DNA from: Verrucomicrobiota bacterium
Lineage (GTDB): Bacteria; Verrucomicrobiota; Verrucomicrobiia; Opitutales; Coraliomargaritaceae
Length of the DNA stretch: 64,000 nt
Assembly (NCBI GenBank): GCA_039815375.1
Contig: JBCBZJ010000003.1
Span: forward strand, 64,001 to 128,000
Reading direction: 5' to 3'
Made by a program: the position numbers and the translations under genes. Below are positions 61,272-64,000 of this stretch, one piece after another. Every line of letters starts with the position of its first letter. The first letter of the stretch is position 1. The notes under the pieces are model-generated. The model was given only the letters and a program-made list of their open reading frames with translations. It was not told the DNA's origin and ran no database searches.

Positions 61272-61643
61272 CTATTCGCGGCCAAGAATTGCTTCGCGCG
61301 TGCTTTCTGCGATTGCAGCTGCTTCACCGATCAGTTCGTCAGGCACACCCAACTCTACAAGTGTTCCTCCCAAGTTTTCCATGACGGCGTCGAAGTGGGT
61401 GTCGTTCAGACCCATTTCGTCAACGAGGCGCTTATGTGCAGCCTTCATGCCGCGGCCGGAGTATTTATTGGGCCGGCCGAAGGCAACTGTTAGGAATTTT
61501 TTTTGATGGTCCTTCAGGGTGACAATTGGGATGCCTTCGAAGAAGTGTTGAATGCGGTCGTCAGCGAGGACCTTTGAATAAAAAAGATCTACGGCCGCAT
61601 CAACGGCGGGTTCTCCGCCGATTTTTTCGTATAGTGTGCTCAT
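61272..61643 (-). CDS. glbN: Group I truncated haemoglobin (trHbN/cyanoglobin-like)
   Basis: LYEKIGG..AV...V..FY..V..D..I..FF, HQ..FL..AFG, Y.GR.M..AH and HFDAV motifs; no signal peptide. Confidence 0.9.
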   Translation of the reverse strand: MSTLYEKIGGEPAVDAAVDLFYSKVLADDRIQHFFEGIPIVTLKDHQKKFLTVAFGRPNKYSGRGMKAAHKRLVDEMGLNDTHFDAVMENLGGTLVELGVPDELIGEAAAIAESTREAILGRE

Positions 61644-61679
61644 TCCTGTTATGTGTTTGTTGTTATGATGGTTTAAGGT

Positions 61680-62084
61680 CTAACGACTGGCATGGACCAT
61701 AAAGTCCACCGCGGCTTTGACCTGTTCGTCTGTCAGATAATCATATCCGCCTTTTGGCGGCATCTGTAGCATAAGCGGGCCGGAGAAACCGTTGATCGCA
61801 TGATCGTGCAATGTCTCCCGCCCCTTTGCGATGCGCGGTGCCCACTCTGCCTTATCAGCAATTAGGGGTGCGCCCCCGAGTCCACTTTTGTGGCAGCCGG
61901 TGCATGTCTTAAGCCAAACTTCGCGACCTTCGATTAAGTTAGCATCCGTTAACTCAATAGACATAGCATCAAACGGCGCAGGCTTGGGCTTTGCGCCGTG
62001 GCCACTGTGTGTGCTCGTTGAGTCCTCGCCGCCGCAACCGCATAGGGCCATGACGACGAGGACGATGAGTGTTACTCGTTTCAA
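61680..62084 (-). CDS. Cytochrome c5-family lipoprotein
   Basis: Lipobox LCGC; CTGCH, GAP...W..R...G...L..HAI.G and MPPKGG motifs; start uncertain (62084 TTG or 62120). Confidence 0.85.
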   Translation of the reverse strand: MKRVTLIVLVVMALCGCGGEDSTSTHSGHGAKPKPAPFDAMSIELTDANLIEGREVWLKTCTGCHKSGLGGAPLIADKAEWAPRIAKGRETLHDHAINGFSGPLMLQMPPKGGYDYLTDEQVKAAVDFMVHASR

Positions 62085-62137
62085 GTCTTTTGGTGTGCTT
62101 GGTAGAAAAGAACCAAGCACGTTTGAGAGTTGAAGCG

Positions 62138-62731
62138 TTAGCTATCCATCGGGATGCGGATAACCACACCACCCATGACATCGCCGAGTTCAAAGTCAGT
62201 CTTAGGACTGTCTTTGTGGTCATTGTGGCATGTCACACAAACAGGTGCGACAGCGACATCAGCGTAAACGGCCGTGAAGTATTTCTTACCTCCAAGCTCT
62301 TCTTCCCCATAGTAGGGAGCGGAGCCACCGTTTTCGGCGACAAACTCCAGTCCTGCTTTTTCAACATCAGTCTGGCCTTCGGCGTTAGACTTGTTGATCG
62401 GCCAGAGGGACTGGAGCGAGTAGCTGAACCAAGCGTCCTTACTTGCTGTCAGCTCAGCGCCCATTCGGAACATCTGTGCTGGAAGCGGAAGGGTTTTATC
62501 TTCGGTCCATTGTTCGCTTGCTTTGATCACCTTCTCCTCTTTTACGAGGCGGTTCACAACCTTCTGTGTGTAAACGGTGCGATCGTTTTCGAGCACCATG
62601 TGAAGCGCGTCAGTGAGTTTCTCGAAAGAAACTCCCGCGGTAGTGGCTTCGCTTTCGCCGCAACCCACAAAAGAGAGGGAAGACGCGGCGATTGCGGCAG
62701 ATGCTGCCACAGCAATAACTGCTTTTTTCAT
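62138..62731 (-). CDS. Tll0287/DUF3365-like c-type heme lipoprotein
   Basis: Lipobox FVGC; LPLPAQMFR, YSLQSLWPIN, YFTAVYAD.AV..CVTCH and GDVMGGVVIRIP motifs. Confidence 0.8.
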   Translation of the reverse strand: MKKAVIAVAASAAIAASSLSFVGCGESEATTAGVSFEKLTDALHMVLENDRTVYTQKVVNRLVKEEKVIKASEQWTEDKTLPLPAQMFRMGAELTASKDAWFSYSLQSLWPINKSNAEGQTDVEKAGLEFVAENGGSAPYYGEEELGGKKYFTAVYADVAVAPVCVTCHNDHKDSPKTDFELGDVMGGVVIRIPMDS

Positions 62732-62792
62732 ATTCGACTGTAATTTTAGGTTCGTCCTGTTCTCATAGAATATAAGAACTGAACCTTAAACA

Positions 62793-62807
62793 GCACTACA
62801 GGTGCCA
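62793..62807 (-). promoter_or_regulatory. Putative sigma54 promoter of the heme/NirB-like operon
   Basis: Minus strand TGGCACCTGTAGTGC has GG-N10-GC spacing, ~62 nt before the ATG at 62731. Confidence 0.65.
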
Positions 62808-62937
62808 CTGCGTGCCAATTGGCTGTATTCATGCAGCTAAAGCGCCATAAATATTTTACGCTAGATCATGAATTTTGTTCATGCGCGGAAATGCTTCCAG
62901 TCGCAGGAAATTCAAGCGCCAGCAAGGCTTTGAGGGC

Positions 62938-63999
62938 TTACGTTTTTCTACTAAGGAATCTCTGGAAGTGCATGCCGAATTGAACACACATGCCAAGCCC
63001 CATTAGAAGCACGCTCACGTAGGGTAGAATCCATCCAGGATTCTTTACCACTTGAAAGATTGATGTTTTATCCTGATTGGCGAAAGACGCCTGATAAAAG
63101 GTGAGACCTTCGTAGCGGAGCGGGTGATTCATGTAGATCAGCGACTTTTGGTTCTTGGTTGAATCAGTGTGATGGATCATCACTTCGCTGGAGAAATTGA
63201 ACGGAATTTCTGTCCCGGGATACTTTTCGTGGCTAAAATCGATCAATTCTAACTCAAAGGGATGGTAGTAGCGCCTGAATCTTAGAGCGATCTCCCAGCT
63301 CTTTTCACCGAGGTTGACCATTTGTGGTGGGAAGCGCTCGTCGATCAAATTGGAGACAAGCCATGTGCCAATGACTCCATCCGGTCCGGACACCTCGATG
63401 TAGGCTGTGGCCGCATTGAATTCACCTTCGGCATAGGTCTTCTGTCGCGGCTCCACGAAAATATTCATCCGGACGGCAGCGCCTCGATTTGCTAAATTCC
63501 GGCTGTCTGGTTGTTGGCCTGTGCCGACGTTTGCGTTCGGGTAGTAGCGAACGGTTCGTATACTCAGTGGAGATTCGGGCACCTCCATCACTTTACCAGG
63601 CTTGAGTAGATCGACAGGAATAGAGTGAACCATGTCATGGTCGGGGTGAGTCCGATCTACAAATACCAGCTCATTGTCGCGAGTTGTCTCGGAGTAGTTG
63701 TTACGCCCCCCTTCGTCAACGGGCATCTGGCTTTCTTCTGAAACGATGTCTGTGAGCAGTTCGCTGACGAGCAGAAGGACGAGGCCGAAGTGAACAAGGA
63801 AGATGCCACTCTTCTTAAAAGTCAGCTTGAAGCGTGTGACATGGGCCGCAATGAGGTTGATGAAGAGAAGGCCGCCGAGCAGATAGCCACCGGGCATCGG
63901 GATACGCAGCCAGAAGAGCTGGTCATACAACGGGAACTCCTGCGGGTAGGACCAGATGACAAGGAAGCTCTCGAAGTAAAGTTTCTGCGTGTGCCAAAT
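62938..63999 (-). CDS. resB: Cytochrome c biogenesis protein ResB/CcsB (5'-truncated by the window edge)
   Basis: Frame is open to the window end; PGG...LL..NL.AAH, GIFLVHFG, YPGT..P.NFSS and MNHPLRYEG.TFYQASF motifs. Confidence 0.85.
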   Translation of the reverse strand: MWHTQKLYFESFLVIWSYPQEFPLYDQLFWLRIPMPGGYLLGGLLFINLIAAHVTRFKLTFKKSGIFLVHFGLVLLLVSELLTDIVSEESQMPVDEGGRNNYSETTRDNELVFVDRTHPDHDMVHSIPVDLLKPGKVMEVPESPLSIRTVRYYPNANVGTGQQPDSRNLANRGAAVRMNIFVEPRQKTYAEGEFNAATAYIEVSGPDGVIGTWLVSNLIDERFPPQMVNLGEKSWEIALRFRRYYHPFELELIDFSHEKYPGTEIPFNFSSEVMIHHTDSTKNQKSLIYMNHPLRYEGLTFYQASFANQDKTSIFQVVKNPGWILPYVSVLLMGLGMCVQFGMHFQRFLSRKT

Positions 64000-64000
64000 A

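Overview
Chromosomal window from a bacterium whose gene content (SHD1 protein, split CoaC, a secreted protein with a YxxQxSxNLxxW...FYR C-terminus, ResB/CcsA cytochrome maturation) suggests Verrucomicrobiota/Opitutales; this taxonomy is inference. Left: a sigma54-type promoter-driven urea island (porin, urtABCDE, ureABCEFGD), an MhqR-like MarR/pirin/rhodanese-YceI module with operator palindromes, and a RAYT (REP-associated tyrosine transposase) flanked by a 136-bp BIME-like array of two covarying REP hairpins. Middle: mostly housekeeping genes (Lhr-core/PdeM, Fe3+ ABC, hemN, dapF, mscS, purB, pfk, pnuC, thrH, holA, leuA with an unannotated Leu-rich leader peptide, coaC), two PAS histidine kinases, a pseudokinase-PEGA-FGE protein, and tRNA-Val(GAC) followed by 121-bp structured repeats that each end in the tRNA 3' end. 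Right, the best candidate for an undescribed system: a sigma54-type operon between resB and ccsA. It encodes a Tll0287/DUF3365-like heme lipoprotein, cytochrome c5, a group I truncated haemoglobin, a NirB-like NADH/FAD/[2Fe-2S] protein whose siroheme domain is replaced by a di-heme-b-type membrane domain, and an 11-heme cytochrome c with an HAO-like C-terminal half. Together these could form a trans-membrane electron wire for nitrogen-oxide metabolism. All calls come from reading motifs by eye; no database searches were run.
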